Shown: positions 35,496 to 44,397 of the stretch, piece by piece | Layout: every line of letters begins with the position of its first letter | Numbering within the stretch: the first letter of the stretch is position 1 | Notes under the pieces: model-generated | What the model saw: the letters and a program-made list of their open reading frames with translations, nothing else | Databases searched by the model: none | Told to the model about the DNA's origin: nothing | From: Verrucomicrobiota bacterium | GTDB taxonomy: Bacteria; Verrucomicrobiota; Verrucomicrobiia; Limisphaerales; JADLHS01 | Length of the DNA: 64,000 bases | Assembly (NCBI GenBank): GCA_013140495.1 | Contig: JABFSR010000015.1 | Coordinates: forward strand, 11,210-75,209 | Direction of reading: 5' to 3' | Position numbers and translations under genes: made by a program

Positions 35496-37172
35496 CTAGC
35501 CAGTCAGAACCGGTACCGCCGGTTGAGTCTCGCGACGCCCGGATGCAGAGCCGCTGAAGGCAGGTTGCAAGGGTTGTGAAAGCCGGTTTAACGGCTCGCT
35601 AATTGGCGTGCCAGCAGCCTCAAATTCGTCCGATGGCATCGCCCGGGGACCGCGCCTGGCTTTCACTGGCTTGCTGTCAAAGACGCGCTGTAGCGCCGCG
35701 TCGGAGGGCGCACGCCAGTCTTTAACGGCGGTTTGCAAATCCTTCCCGGTGATACGTTCCCTGCCCGCTCGCTTGGCAATCAGTTGCGCGTCTTCAATGG
35801 CGTCCGTGATGGTTTGGAAATATCCGTGCGAGGCCATCGCATAACCGACAACGAACTCGACGGCAGATTCTCCAAGTCCGTTGAGCAACTTGCGAGCAAC
35901 TGCGCGCAAGTCATCGGTTGTCGGCGCGTCCGGCAGCGGAAACACTTTCCGCGTTCGGCGGCGCAACTGTTCACTGCTCCATGTGGTTTGGTTTTCGACC
36001 ACCTGGCGGCGCAGACTGAATTGCTTGGTTGCGGAGATGGCGAATGGGACACCCTCGTTGTAGAGGGCCGTGTTGATCCAGTTGATCAATTCGGGATGCG
36101 TGGTGATGCGTTTACCTTGAGGCCAGAGATAGTGCCCCTCGTCAATTACCAGAATCAGTTTGGTGCGCTGAAGAAATTCTTCCACGCGCGTTTGAATCCT
36201 ATCTGATGACATGCCCCCGCCGCTAGCCACGCCACAAGCTTTTGCGATCCGCTTCAAGAATGATGTCCGCGAGGTAATGCCGGACAGTTGAACGTAACGA
36301 GCGCGGCCCATGTGCATTTCACACCAGGCTTTGAGCGCTGTCGTCTTGCCAAATCCGGAATTGCCTTCGATGAGTGCGGAGCGTCCGGTATCGAGCGCGT
36401 AGTCCATCGCCTCGAACACGATCTTGCCGATGCTGGTTTCAACGAAGTCAGCGCGGGCGCGTTCGGTGTGGCGATGCTGGTATTCATAGAGCGCGCCGAG
36501 CACGTCTTCAAAGCAGGACAACTCTGCAAACCGAAAATCGTTCTTCTTGTCCAGGGCGGTTTGCAGGTGGGGCCGTTCCCTGGCAATGTGTGGATTGTTT
36601 TCCAGCGCGTGGCGCGCATCGTCCAGCACGAGCCCAACAATTCCACGATAGGCCCGGCACGCGTCAGCGCGTGTGACAACCTCCAGCTTTGGATCGCAGC
36701 AAAGTTCCTCGATGAAGTCGGCCAAATTCCCACAACGATCCCGACACTCCGCGCACAATTCGTTAGCCGCGTTTTCCGGAGGGGTTTCGAGCTTCTTAAC
36801 TTCCGTTTCTCTGTATAGAATTTCATCCCACACATCGGAGTCAGATCGCCCAAATAACTCATCCCGGATGGCAGCGTATTGTTCCTTGGTCAACCGTTTG
36901 CCAGGCTTGCAACCGATCTTGATCATCGTGGGTGTGCCGATGCGCTCCGGGAACATTTCCACCAACTCGCGAGCGATGCGTTTCGTTCCACCTTCGCGCA
37001 ATGACAATGCTTGCAGGAAGTAGAGCAGTTGGCGTTTCTCAGGCTCGTCTTGCAGCGCGGCCTTGAAGGCCACGGCGGTCCCGTTCAGCCCGCGCAACAC
37101 GTCATACTCCGTTGCGGACGCCCAACCATTTTGGCGACGGCGTTCACCTGATTCAACTCGACGCGTGCTCAT
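35496..37172 (-). CDS. MuB/TnsC-like AAA+ transposition ATPase (558 aa)
   Basis: Walker A LIEGNSGFGKTT and Walker B LILVIDEGH (AAA_22-type). Its start overlaps the transposase stop (ATGA). Confidence 0.8.
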   Translation of the reverse strand: MSTRRVESGERRRQNGWASATEYDVLRGLNGTAVAFKAALQDEPEKRQLLYFLQALSLREGGTKRIARELVEMFPERIGTPTMIKIGCKPGKRLTKEQYAAIRDELFGRSDSDVWDEILYRETEVKKLETPPENAANELCAECRDRCGNLADFIEELCCDPKLEVVTRADACRAYRGIVGLVLDDARHALENNPHIARERPHLQTALDKKNDFRFAELSCFEDVLGALYEYQHRHTERARADFVETSIGKIVFEAMDYALDTGRSALIEGNSGFGKTTALKAWCEMHMGRARYVQLSGITSRTSFLKRIAKACGVASGGGMSSDRIQTRVEEFLQRTKLILVIDEGHYLWPQGKRITTHPELINWINTALYNEGVPFAISATKQFSLRRQVVENQTTWSSEQLRRRTRKVFPLPDAPTTDDLRAVARKLLNGLGESAVEFVVGYAMASHGYFQTITDAIEDAQLIAKRAGRERITGKDLQTAVKDWRAPSDAALQRVFDSKPVKARRGPRAMPSDEFEAAGTPISEPLNRLSQPLQPAFSGSASGRRETQPAVPVLTG

Positions 37173-39940
37173 AGGTTTGCCTTTGTGGTTGGCGCGGCCT
37201 GGGATTCAAACTCGTGATAATTCGGCGAGCCGTTGGCCGTGTTCCGCTTGCCGAGAATTGTCGCGTCAATTTTGGATTTCAGATAGGCGCACGCTTCGTC
37301 AAAGCGGGTTTCGTCGTGCGGATCGAAGCCGAGTTGCGAACTTGCGATCTTCGCGGTGATGTGCGGAGCGAAGGTGCCGGCACCTTTGAACTTTTGTCCG
37401 AAGCTCTGACCCGCAGCGCGGAACTCTGTGAGCCGCTTAACCAGATAATCCACATATTCACGCTTGCCGCTGCCGTAAGGTTTCAACACATAGGTCTTCT
37501 TCCCAGACGACGGTGCCGCTGGTATTTCTTCGTCCGCTTCCATCATGGCTCTTTCGGCGCGAGCCATCATGTCCAAACCTTCAGCGGTCTGATCGTCTGA
37601 TTGACGCACCAATGCGGTGGGCAATCCCAGTTTGCGGGCATTGGTTGCGACTTTGGAACGGCGGCGATTGTCCACCTTGTTCTTTTCGTCGTTGTCGAGG
37701 CGCTGTGCGGTGAACGTTGCTGCCACGTCGAAGACGGCGGGCGAAACCAGATTCTTGCGGAACGTCGGGGCGAACTTCGCCTTGAGCACATTGAAACGTG
37801 CCTTTGGATAGGCATTGTGAGCAGCGGCTTTCTCCAACTCCAATTGATAGGCGCGGCCTGCTTCGCCGTCGCGATCCAGCGCGGCGAGAAAGTCCACCTT
37901 GTTTTCGCGGCGCACCAACACCGGATTGCGTTCCTTCAAATCGGTGGCTCCAAGCAGGTCGGGGCACTCAGGATCAAACCACGCCAGCACGGTTTTGCCT
38001 CGCAGTGCAGACGTGTTTTCGTCGCGATAGATGTAAGTCTCGCCGCCGATCTTGAACTTGATGCCTTCAACGCCAACGATGCGCTCACTGACGTAGTGTG
38101 CGAGCAAATGCCAGCAAGTTGAATCCAGCGCGGTCGGCGGATCGTCATGCGGCCAATACGCCTCAAAGGCTTTGTCGGGTGACATGCCCCGCAGAATGTC
38201 CCCCTGCTGAATGGCGGCGTTGTAGCTGCCAATCAGCTTGGCGAGTTCTGCATCCCATGCCTCGAAACTCAGAAAGAGTCCATGCGGTTCAACGCGGCGC
38301 GCTTCCACGGCGAGCTTGTTGCGTTTGGTGACTTCGGGACAATCGCGCCGCTCATCGCGACCGCAATAGCCTAGCATCCGCTCCATCCAATTTTGAAGCA
38401 ACCCTCCAACAAGTTCAGCGGGCTTTGATCGGGCTTTCTTGGCGTGAATGAAGCGCACGCCAAGTTTTTCCCAGCCGGGTTTTTCTTCCGCCCAGGATTT
38501 GCCTTCGTTCCATTCGCGCGGAGCGCCTTTGACCAGGTGGGCGTTTTTCCAGATACCATTTTCAAACAGCCAGGCGCGCGGAAGTCCCCACTGAGCGCAC
38601 GTTCGATTCATCAGCGTTCGGATGATGAGCGAGTTGTAATTGCGTTCTGGTTGCAGCGACCAGCCGATGATCTTGAGCGAGCGGCAATCAATCATCAGCA
38701 GGATTTGGCCGCGCGTAAGATTCCACCAGCCTTTGCCATCCGGCACGAAGCAATAAACCGGCATCGTGAAATCGTCCGCTGTGAGGACGTGCATGGAGCG
38801 CAAGTTCCCGCGGTCGCGCCGCAGTGAAGGCGTCGCATCGTCAACGGCTTTTTTGCCGAGCAGATAAGGCGCGATCAATTCCGAATCGCGATGCACGATT
38901 GAGAACAAGCGCCGGTTCACATGGCTCTTGCTCTTTTTCGGTGCGGTGATGAGTGCGACGGTTTCCGGCGTGAGGCCGGACTTGCTGCCTTGCTCTGCCA
39001 GTTCGCGCACGGCTTGCGCGGTGCGTCCTCCGCAGTTCTGTGCGGAGTGCCACGCCATGATGTCCACGTCGCCTTGTGAAATGGCAGCGGCGCGGGACTC
39101 GCCGCGTTTCAGTTCGCGCCCGTCAAGCAATGACGATTCACCTTTGACTTTGCGATCAAAGTTCACGCGTAACGCATTCCACGAAGCGGCGAGAAACGGC
39201 GCGCGCTGCCAGAGAAAATCCAGCAATCGGCGCTTGAACTTTTTCGGGTTTGTGGCGTCCACCATTTCGGAAAACAGTTCAACAGCTTCAGTCCAAAGTG
39301 AGTCCATCTCCGCGCCATTGGGCTTCAGTGGATCGCCAAAGCGAGCGATGCAATCGTTCAGCGGTTCAAAGTCGGTCGCATTGGCAACCGTCACGTGCTG
39401 TGCGTTGGCAGAGGCGCGTTTGAGATTGCCAGGCAGAAATAATTCCGGTCTGTGAAATTGTTCCGCACCGCGATCCCGATCCAACGTGCGGTTGAACAGA
39501 TAACGCCAGCGGTCGGGCGCGATGTCGCGGCCAAACTCACGCGAGTAATTGCGCAGGCCGATTTCAACCAGTTCACTGCCATCCAGGATCGGGCTGCGAT
39601 GGCGTTCCAGGATCGGGAGCAAGGCGCGTTGCAACTTGAGCGCGTCGGTTTGCTGTGCGTTGTCCACGTCGCGCCAGGGAAACTCTGGTTTCCACGGTTC
39701 GGCTTCATTGAACAAGGCCGCAACTGTCGCAAGGATGCGCTTGATGCGAGCGGCTTCCAATTCCTTTTGCAGCGAGGCGGGCAAGGCTTCCAAACTCCAT
39801 TGCGATGTGAGATTGCCACGCACCACACATTCACCGGACGGCGTGATGCCATCCAACGCACGACGGATCAAGCGCGGCGACTTGCCGAGCGCGGCGGCGA
39901 TCTGTGTGGCGGTGGTGGTGAATTGTCCTGGCGTCGTCAT
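37169..39940 (-). CDS. MuA/TnsB-family DDE transposase (923 aa)
   Basis: N-terminal HTH. RNase H-fold core VLTADDFTMPV ... LLMIDCRSLKIIGWSL ... WLFENGIWKN ... KARSKPAELVGG is colinear with the MuA D269/D336/E392 region. Confidence 0.85.
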   Translation of the reverse strand: MTTPGQFTTTATQIAAALGKSPRLIRRALDGITPSGECVVRGNLTSQWSLEALPASLQKELEAARIKRILATVAALFNEAEPWKPEFPWRDVDNAQQTDALKLQRALLPILERHRSPILDGSELVEIGLRNYSREFGRDIAPDRWRYLFNRTLDRDRGAEQFHRPELFLPGNLKRASANAQHVTVANATDFEPLNDCIARFGDPLKPNGAEMDSLWTEAVELFSEMVDATNPKKFKRRLLDFLWQRAPFLAASWNALRVNFDRKVKGESSLLDGRELKRGESRAAAISQGDVDIMAWHSAQNCGGRTAQAVRELAEQGSKSGLTPETVALITAPKKSKSHVNRRLFSIVHRDSELIAPYLLGKKAVDDATPSLRRDRGNLRSMHVLTADDFTMPVYCFVPDGKGWWNLTRGQILLMIDCRSLKIIGWSLQPERNYNSLIIRTLMNRTCAQWGLPRAWLFENGIWKNAHLVKGAPREWNEGKSWAEEKPGWEKLGVRFIHAKKARSKPAELVGGLLQNWMERMLGYCGRDERRDCPEVTKRNKLAVEARRVEPHGLFLSFEAWDAELAKLIGSYNAAIQQGDILRGMSPDKAFEAYWPHDDPPTALDSTCWHLLAHYVSERIVGVEGIKFKIGGETYIYRDENTSALRGKTVLAWFDPECPDLLGATDLKERNPVLVRRENKVDFLAALDRDGEAGRAYQLELEKAAAHNAYPKARFNVLKAKFAPTFRKNLVSPAVFDVAATFTAQRLDNDEKNKVDNRRRSKVATNARKLGLPTALVRQSDDQTAEGLDMMARAERAMMEADEEIPAAPSSGKKTYVLKPYGSGKREYVDYLVKRLTEFRAAGQSFGQKFKGAGTFAPHITAKIASSQLGFDPHDETRFDEACAYLKSKIDATILGKRNTANGSPNYHEFESQAAPTTKANL

Positions 39941-39945
39941 TATGG

Positions 39946-41499
39946 TCAGACTGAAAAGCGGTGGCTGTTGCGTTTCATGGCACTGATGGCGATTGCTTCG
40001 ATGTCATCTCGGCAGGCATCAAGCCACGCTTGCCTGTCAACGTAGTTATGGAGCGTAAATTTGACGTTTTTATCGCCAGACGGCGCAGTCATCGCCGATG
40101 GACCCTTTTGTATCACCGCCATGTTTTGGTGTCCCCAATCACGCACGCTGTCGGCTGGAATCACCCACTCGTTTTTGTGGACAACACCTGCAACCTGGCT
40201 GCTGTCGCCTGTGCCGGTGTAACCACCTGCCAAAAATCCCGTCGCATTGATGGCGGCGACCTGTGCGGCACCGGCGGCGATGGCCGCGCCCGCCGCAATC
40301 GGTGCGAGCACGGGACCGATGAACGGGATCCCGACAACCGAGCTGTAGGCGGCGATGGCCGATTTGTAGGTGTTGATCGTGGCCTCGGCGATGGCGAAAG
40401 TTTTATAGGCAACGATCCCCTGACGCCCGAAGGCTTTTGCGGCAATGGCCATGTTCCCGAACATGGTCTGCGTGCCGGTCAATTGTTCTTCGCGAATGCG
40501 TTTGAGTTTTTCCTGGTTGGCTTTTTCGATTTCGACCCTGTTGTCAACGATTCCATTCCGGTTCTGTTCGAGAGTCAGGATTGCCGAGAGGTCTTCGAGT
40601 TCAAGCTCTCGAAACTGTTGGCGGGTGATTAGTCCATCATTGAATTTTTCCGCCGTCTCTGCCCGCTTTGCGTCCACGAGGCTGATCTGGTAGCCGATCT
40701 CATTCAGTTGGGCCTTCTCTTTTTCCAATTCCGAAAATCCGAGGCTGCCCCGGCTGGTGTTAACGCTTGAGAGAGATGCTTCAACTCCGGCAACTCTGCG
40801 GGATTCCTTCAAGCCCTCCATGACGGCCTTGTTTTCGGGTAGCCTCATTCCGGCGGCAATCTTTCGCAGCGAATCAGAGGCGGCTTCGTTCGTCTTTGCC
40901 AGTGTCCTCGCCGCCGCAACCTGCTCCTCGAGTTTCATCAGATCGTCCGACGACATTTTGCCCGCTGCTTCGCGGGCCCTGCCCACCTTGAGGATGCTTT
41001 CAGCCAGCGCCTCGTTGGCGAGGGCGGTCTGGTGTGTGGCAGCCCCTTCAGCATGGATTGCCGCATACATTTCCTTGAGGTGTTTCGCGATAAAAAACAC
41101 TTCCAGCGCCGAGACGATCACCCCCGCCGCCTTGGCAACCTGCAAACCCGCGCTCATTGTCTTCTGCGCAGCGGAAGCGGCCTGATGCAAATCCTTGAAA
41201 ACACTGACGGCGGACTGGAGCGCCATGGTCATTTGTGGCGCGATAAAAAAGCCGATGTGCGACCCTGCGCGGGCGAAAGCGTTCAACGCGCTGAGACTCC
41301 CCTTGGTGGCGATGTTTATTTGCGCCTGGCCCGTTGCCATTTTTTGGGAAGCAACAGAAGCCCTGCTGGCGGCGACAGAAACAGCGGCGGAAGCCGCCGC
41401 AATGTTGCCCAATCCCGCCGTGGTTGTGGCTGCAAATTTTGAGAACTCCGCGGCGGCCTGGGCCGCGTTGGCCGTGACTGTGAATGTTACGTTGGGCAT
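39946..41499 (-). CDS. Tape-measure-like protein (517 aa)
   Basis: Ala/Gln-rich helical protein with a hydrophobic segment and the TMP-type motif ATGFLAGGYTGTGDSSQVAGVVHKNEWVIPA. Confidence 0.6.
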   Translation of the reverse strand: MPNVTFTVTANAAQAAAEFSKFAATTTAGLGNIAAASAAVSVAASRASVASQKMATGQAQINIATKGSLSALNAFARAGSHIGFFIAPQMTMALQSAVSVFKDLHQAASAAQKTMSAGLQVAKAAGVIVSALEVFFIAKHLKEMYAAIHAEGAATHQTALANEALAESILKVGRAREAAGKMSSDDLMKLEEQVAAARTLAKTNEAASDSLRKIAAGMRLPENKAVMEGLKESRRVAGVEASLSSVNTSRGSLGFSELEKEKAQLNEIGYQISLVDAKRAETAEKFNDGLITRQQFRELELEDLSAILTLEQNRNGIVDNRVEIEKANQEKLKRIREEQLTGTQTMFGNMAIAAKAFGRQGIVAYKTFAIAEATINTYKSAIAAYSSVVGIPFIGPVLAPIAAGAAIAAGAAQVAAINATGFLAGGYTGTGDSSQVAGVVHKNEWVIPADSVRDWGHQNMAVIQKGPSAMTAPSGDKNVKFTLHNYVDRQAWLDACRDDIEAIAISAMKRNSHRFSV

Positions 41500-41502
41500 A
41501 GG

Positions 41503-41934
41503 TCAGAATTTTGCGGTTGGACAGGCGGTGCGGACTTTCTTGATGAGATCGAAACGGAGCATCTGCCGGAACAGGTCGGCGATCTCTTTCAAGTCGGGTG
41601 CGGGTTGTGGGTTGGTGCGAAACAACAAGATGGCTGACTCTGCCTGCGATTCGAGCAACGGCGAAATTCTGGCGACCAGCTTGAGCCATTCCTTTTTGAG
41701 TTCAACCTTGCGAACCAGAAGCGCGCGGAGTGCATCCAGTGTGGCAAGCTGCTTGTCATCCTCCAACGCCTCGAACCGGACCCAGTGGACTTTGTTTAGC
41801 GCGATTTCGTTTTTAAGCTTGTCGGCTTCCTTGTTCAACAGTGCCGCACCGCCCGCCAGCGCGTTCGCCTCAATCGTGACGTCGAAGAGCAGGGCTTGAA
41901 GTTTGTCCGGGTTGGTGGTTGATGAAGAATTCAT
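41503..41934 (-). CDS. Hypothetical helical/acidic protein (143 aa), in the position of a tail-assembly chaperone
   Basis: Sits immediately upstream of the TMP-like gene (3-nt gap). Overlaps the upstream ORF by 4 nt. Confidence 0.55.
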   Translation of the reverse strand: MNSSSTTNPDKLQALLFDVTIEANALAGGAALLNKEADKLKNEIALNKVHWVRFEALEDDKQLATLDALRALLVRKVELKKEWLKLVARISPLLESQAESAILLFRTNPQPAPDLKEIADLFRQMLRFDLIKKVRTACPTAKF

Positions 41935-42359
41935 GGCGCGGGTGATTCTTTAGCCAGGGGCGAGTTTGCGCTGACTATTTTGTCCACGGCGGATTGCACT
42001 CTTGGCAACCATGCAATTGGATCGGCCAGTCCATCGCGGCACCGTCTGAAACTTCCCCAACTCAAGCCCGCCTTGCGCGTCATTTCACGCTGGCTGATGT
42101 GCTCGACTTCAGCATGATTAACCAGTTTCACAATCTCGCCTCTCAATTGGTCCTTGGCCGAGGCTTTCCGGGTGGCGATTCCCAGCCTTCGGTTCATTGC
42201 CTTTTGCCAACGGACACCCAACCCATGTTTTTCCGCTTCTGACTGAGTCAGCTGGAAGGCCACAGTAGCGCGCTGCTGCTGGGCCAAGGCCCTTGGCCCA
42301 ATTTTGCCACTCACTATATCGGACGCCCTGTTTTGAGTGCTGGCGGCGAGACGGTTCAA
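41931..42359 (-). CDS. Hypothetical protein (142 aa)
   Basis: 4-nt overlaps with both neighbours. Protein-like composition. Confidence 0.55.
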   Translation of the reverse strand: MNRLAASTQNRASDIVSGKIGPRALAQQQRATVAFQLTQSEAEKHGLGVRWQKAMNRRLGIATRKASAKDQLRGEIVKLVNHAEVEHISQREMTRKAGLSWGSFRRCRDGLADPIAWLPRVQSAVDKIVSANSPLAKESPAP

Positions 42360-42946
42360 GTGATCCTCCTTGGGGTGGATTTGAAGCCGGTGACGAAGCG
42401 GGCAAATCGCCGTTGCTCAGAGCGATGTTTGCGACGCGATTTGAGCAGCCGACGAACCGGCGCGCGTAATGTCGAAGGCAGGGCTCGGCTGAAAAAGCTC
42501 CATTTGAATTGGGATTGCAACCCGCCTGATGACTTGATGAAACCAGCGTGCATGGTCAGCACGTCCGGATCGGCAACGGCGTTCACGTATCGCGCCAGAT
42601 GCTTGAGCGTTGGTTTGAGCTTTGCTGAAGTCCCGTAACGTAGCGCGATGGCTTCAGGTGTGCGGCCACCGGTTAGCCAGGTGTAGAAACAACGGCGCAA
42701 TGTGGAGATGGAGAAGCGAACCCGTTTGCTGCTGTCTCGCCGAAAAAACTCTCCACGCCAATAAAAGGCGAAAGGCCGGAAGGATTCGGTTACCGATTTG
42801 CCTTTTTTTCGGGCTTGTTCAACACGGATGAATTGCCGGTGCAGGCGTGTTGCACGCTCGCGATTCCATGGGGACAGACGCAGAAATTCCGATCTGGTCA
42901 GCGGATTTGAGTTTGAAGATGAACAGCGGCGGCGGTTCGGGTTCAT
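42356..42946 (-). CDS. Hypothetical highly basic protein (196 aa), possibly DNA-binding
   Basis: Arg/Lys-rich. First gene of the tightly coupled block ending in MuA/MuB. Confidence 0.55.
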   Translation of the reverse strand: MNPNRRRCSSSNSNPLTRSEFLRLSPWNRERATRLHRQFIRVEQARKKGKSVTESFRPFAFYWRGEFFRRDSSKRVRFSISTLRRCFYTWLTGGRTPEAIALRYGTSAKLKPTLKHLARYVNAVADPDVLTMHAGFIKSSGGLQSQFKWSFFSRALPSTLRAPVRRLLKSRRKHRSEQRRFARFVTGFKSTPRRIT

Positions 42947-42980
42947 GCGATTTAGGGCGGTGGCGAATTGGAAAAGAGGC

Positions 42981-43010
42981 GTGTTGGCATCTCCGCCGAG
43001 ATGTCAACAC
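42981..43010. promoter_or_regulatory. 13-bp-stem palindrome inside the element operon
   Basis: GTGTTGGCATCTC-CGCC-GAGATGTCAACAC (12/13 complementary), in the only sizeable intergenic gap of the operon. Confidence 0.4.
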
Positions 43011-43079
43011 GCGAGCAGCAGTTATAGGTCCTCACGGGAACGGGTCGCTCTGTGCTCAAAATTATTTTGGCGGAAGCTT

Positions 43080-43826
43080 TCACGCGATCCGCCTCCGTTT
43101 TAGGAACTCCACAACGCTTGAAAATTCCACTTCAGGCGAGCCTGTTGGCCCGCGACGAAACTTCGCTCCCTTTGCCAATCGCATCTCGCCATCGCGAACC
43201 AAACGCGCAGCGTGGTCGTGGTTGATGCAGAGGCGGCGATAAATGGTGACCGCCCGGACGGTTTGAATGCCGCCCGGTTTGGTTGTCACCGCTGGGAAAA
43301 TCAACCGCACCGCCTGGTTGAATTGTTCTGCGTCGGATGCTGTTGAGACGGGTTTGCGGTTCTGAAAGTCGGCAAGCGACTGCGCGAGTATCCGCACAGC
43401 GACCCGCTTGCAACCACAACTTGAGAAATCAAAAGCGAAGGCAATCCTGCCTTCCTCAATCGCCGCAAAAACTTTTTCTTCAGGCACAGCCAGCGCGGCG
43501 ACTGCGGTACCGAGATTAACCAGCGGAAGTTTGAAGCTGATCTGCGGGGTCGTGGTTGTGAGCATATTGTTGCACGTGGAACTTTGTTGCCCCCAAAAGC
43601 TGATAGTCCCCGCCATGAAACAAACAACCGCCGTCAACATCACAAGATAAAGCGCGCGGCGGAGGGGAGCACCGCGCGTGCTCAGGCCATTAAAGATCGA
43701 ACTAATGCCAGAGCAAAATTGTAAAGCGCCGCCCGGTGCAGTTCTGAAACACCAGGCGGCGCGCGCAACCGGAATAAACGCACCCTTAACATTGGCGCGG
43801 CAAACGTTGGCTGCGTGAGTTTTCAT
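43080..43826 (-). CDS. Hypothetical protein with two excisionase/MerR-like (HTH_17-type) segments; alternative start ATG 43565
   Basis: LVNLGTAVAALAVPEEKVFAAIEEGRIAFAF and VRAVTIYRRLCINHDHAARLVRDGEMRLAKG resemble HTH_17 helices. The N-terminal 87 aa (one TM) are of uncertain reality. Confidence 0.5.
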   Translation of the reverse strand: MKTHAANVCRANVKGAFIPVARAAWCFRTAPGGALQFCSGISSIFNGLSTRGAPLRRALYLVMLTAVVCFMAGTISFWGQQSSTCNNMLTTTTPQISFKLPLVNLGTAVAALAVPEEKVFAAIEEGRIAFAFDFSSCGCKRVAVRILAQSLADFQNRKPVSTASDAEQFNQAVRLIFPAVTTKPGGIQTVRAVTIYRRLCINHDHAARLVRDGEMRLAKGAKFRRGPTGSPEVEFSSVVEFLKRRRIA

Positions 43827-43853
43827 GTTCGTTGGCGGTTGCTATTTGCGCGT

Positions 43854-44324
43854 TCAACCGCGTCGCGGCTTCTTCAACAACTTGAGCGTGGTGTTGGTGC
43901 CTGAAGCGGAAGCGTCAAAGTTTTGCGCGCTGAATCGCAGGTGACTGACACTGCCAATCTCCGAGTTTGGCAGTTCGCGGTAATAAACAACCGTGGTGTT
44001 GCCAGCCAGCGCGTTTGTCCATTTGAGATAGGCCGTGGTTTCCCAGTTTGTGCCGTCACCACGGAAAACGCTGATGACCACATTGCCGGTCCCGGCCTGT
44101 GAGCCTGTGGTGGTCAACAGCAGTCCTGCCGAGTCGTATTTCGTAATGGCGTTTGTCGCGAAGGCAGACCATGTGGAGTTGTTCGTGATGGTCTGCCCGT
44201 TAAGCAGTGCATCTCCGGTGAACTGCTGGGCACTGGCGCGGGATGCGGTCAACGACACTGACGCAAGCAACGACAGACAGGCCATGATCAATGGACCTGC
44301 GTTTCGGAATTGTTTTGTGTTCAT
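43854..44324 (-). CDS. Small secreted beta-rich protein (156 aa)
   Basis: Signal peptide LIMACLSLLASVSLTASRASAQQ. T/N/S/G-rich mature part. Confidence 0.6.
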   Translation of the reverse strand: MNTKQFRNAGPLIMACLSLLASVSLTASRASAQQFTGDALLNGQTITNNSTWSAFATNAITKYDSAGLLLTTTGSQAGTGNVVISVFRGDGTNWETTAYLKWTNALAGNTTVVYYRELPNSEIGSVSHLRFSAQNFDASASGTNTTLKLLKKPRRG

Positions 44325-44397
44325 GGATTTGAGGGTTGAGTTTTGTTGTTTAACTGAGGGCGACGCTTTGGAGCATCCGCCCTCAGCCGTTTTAGGT

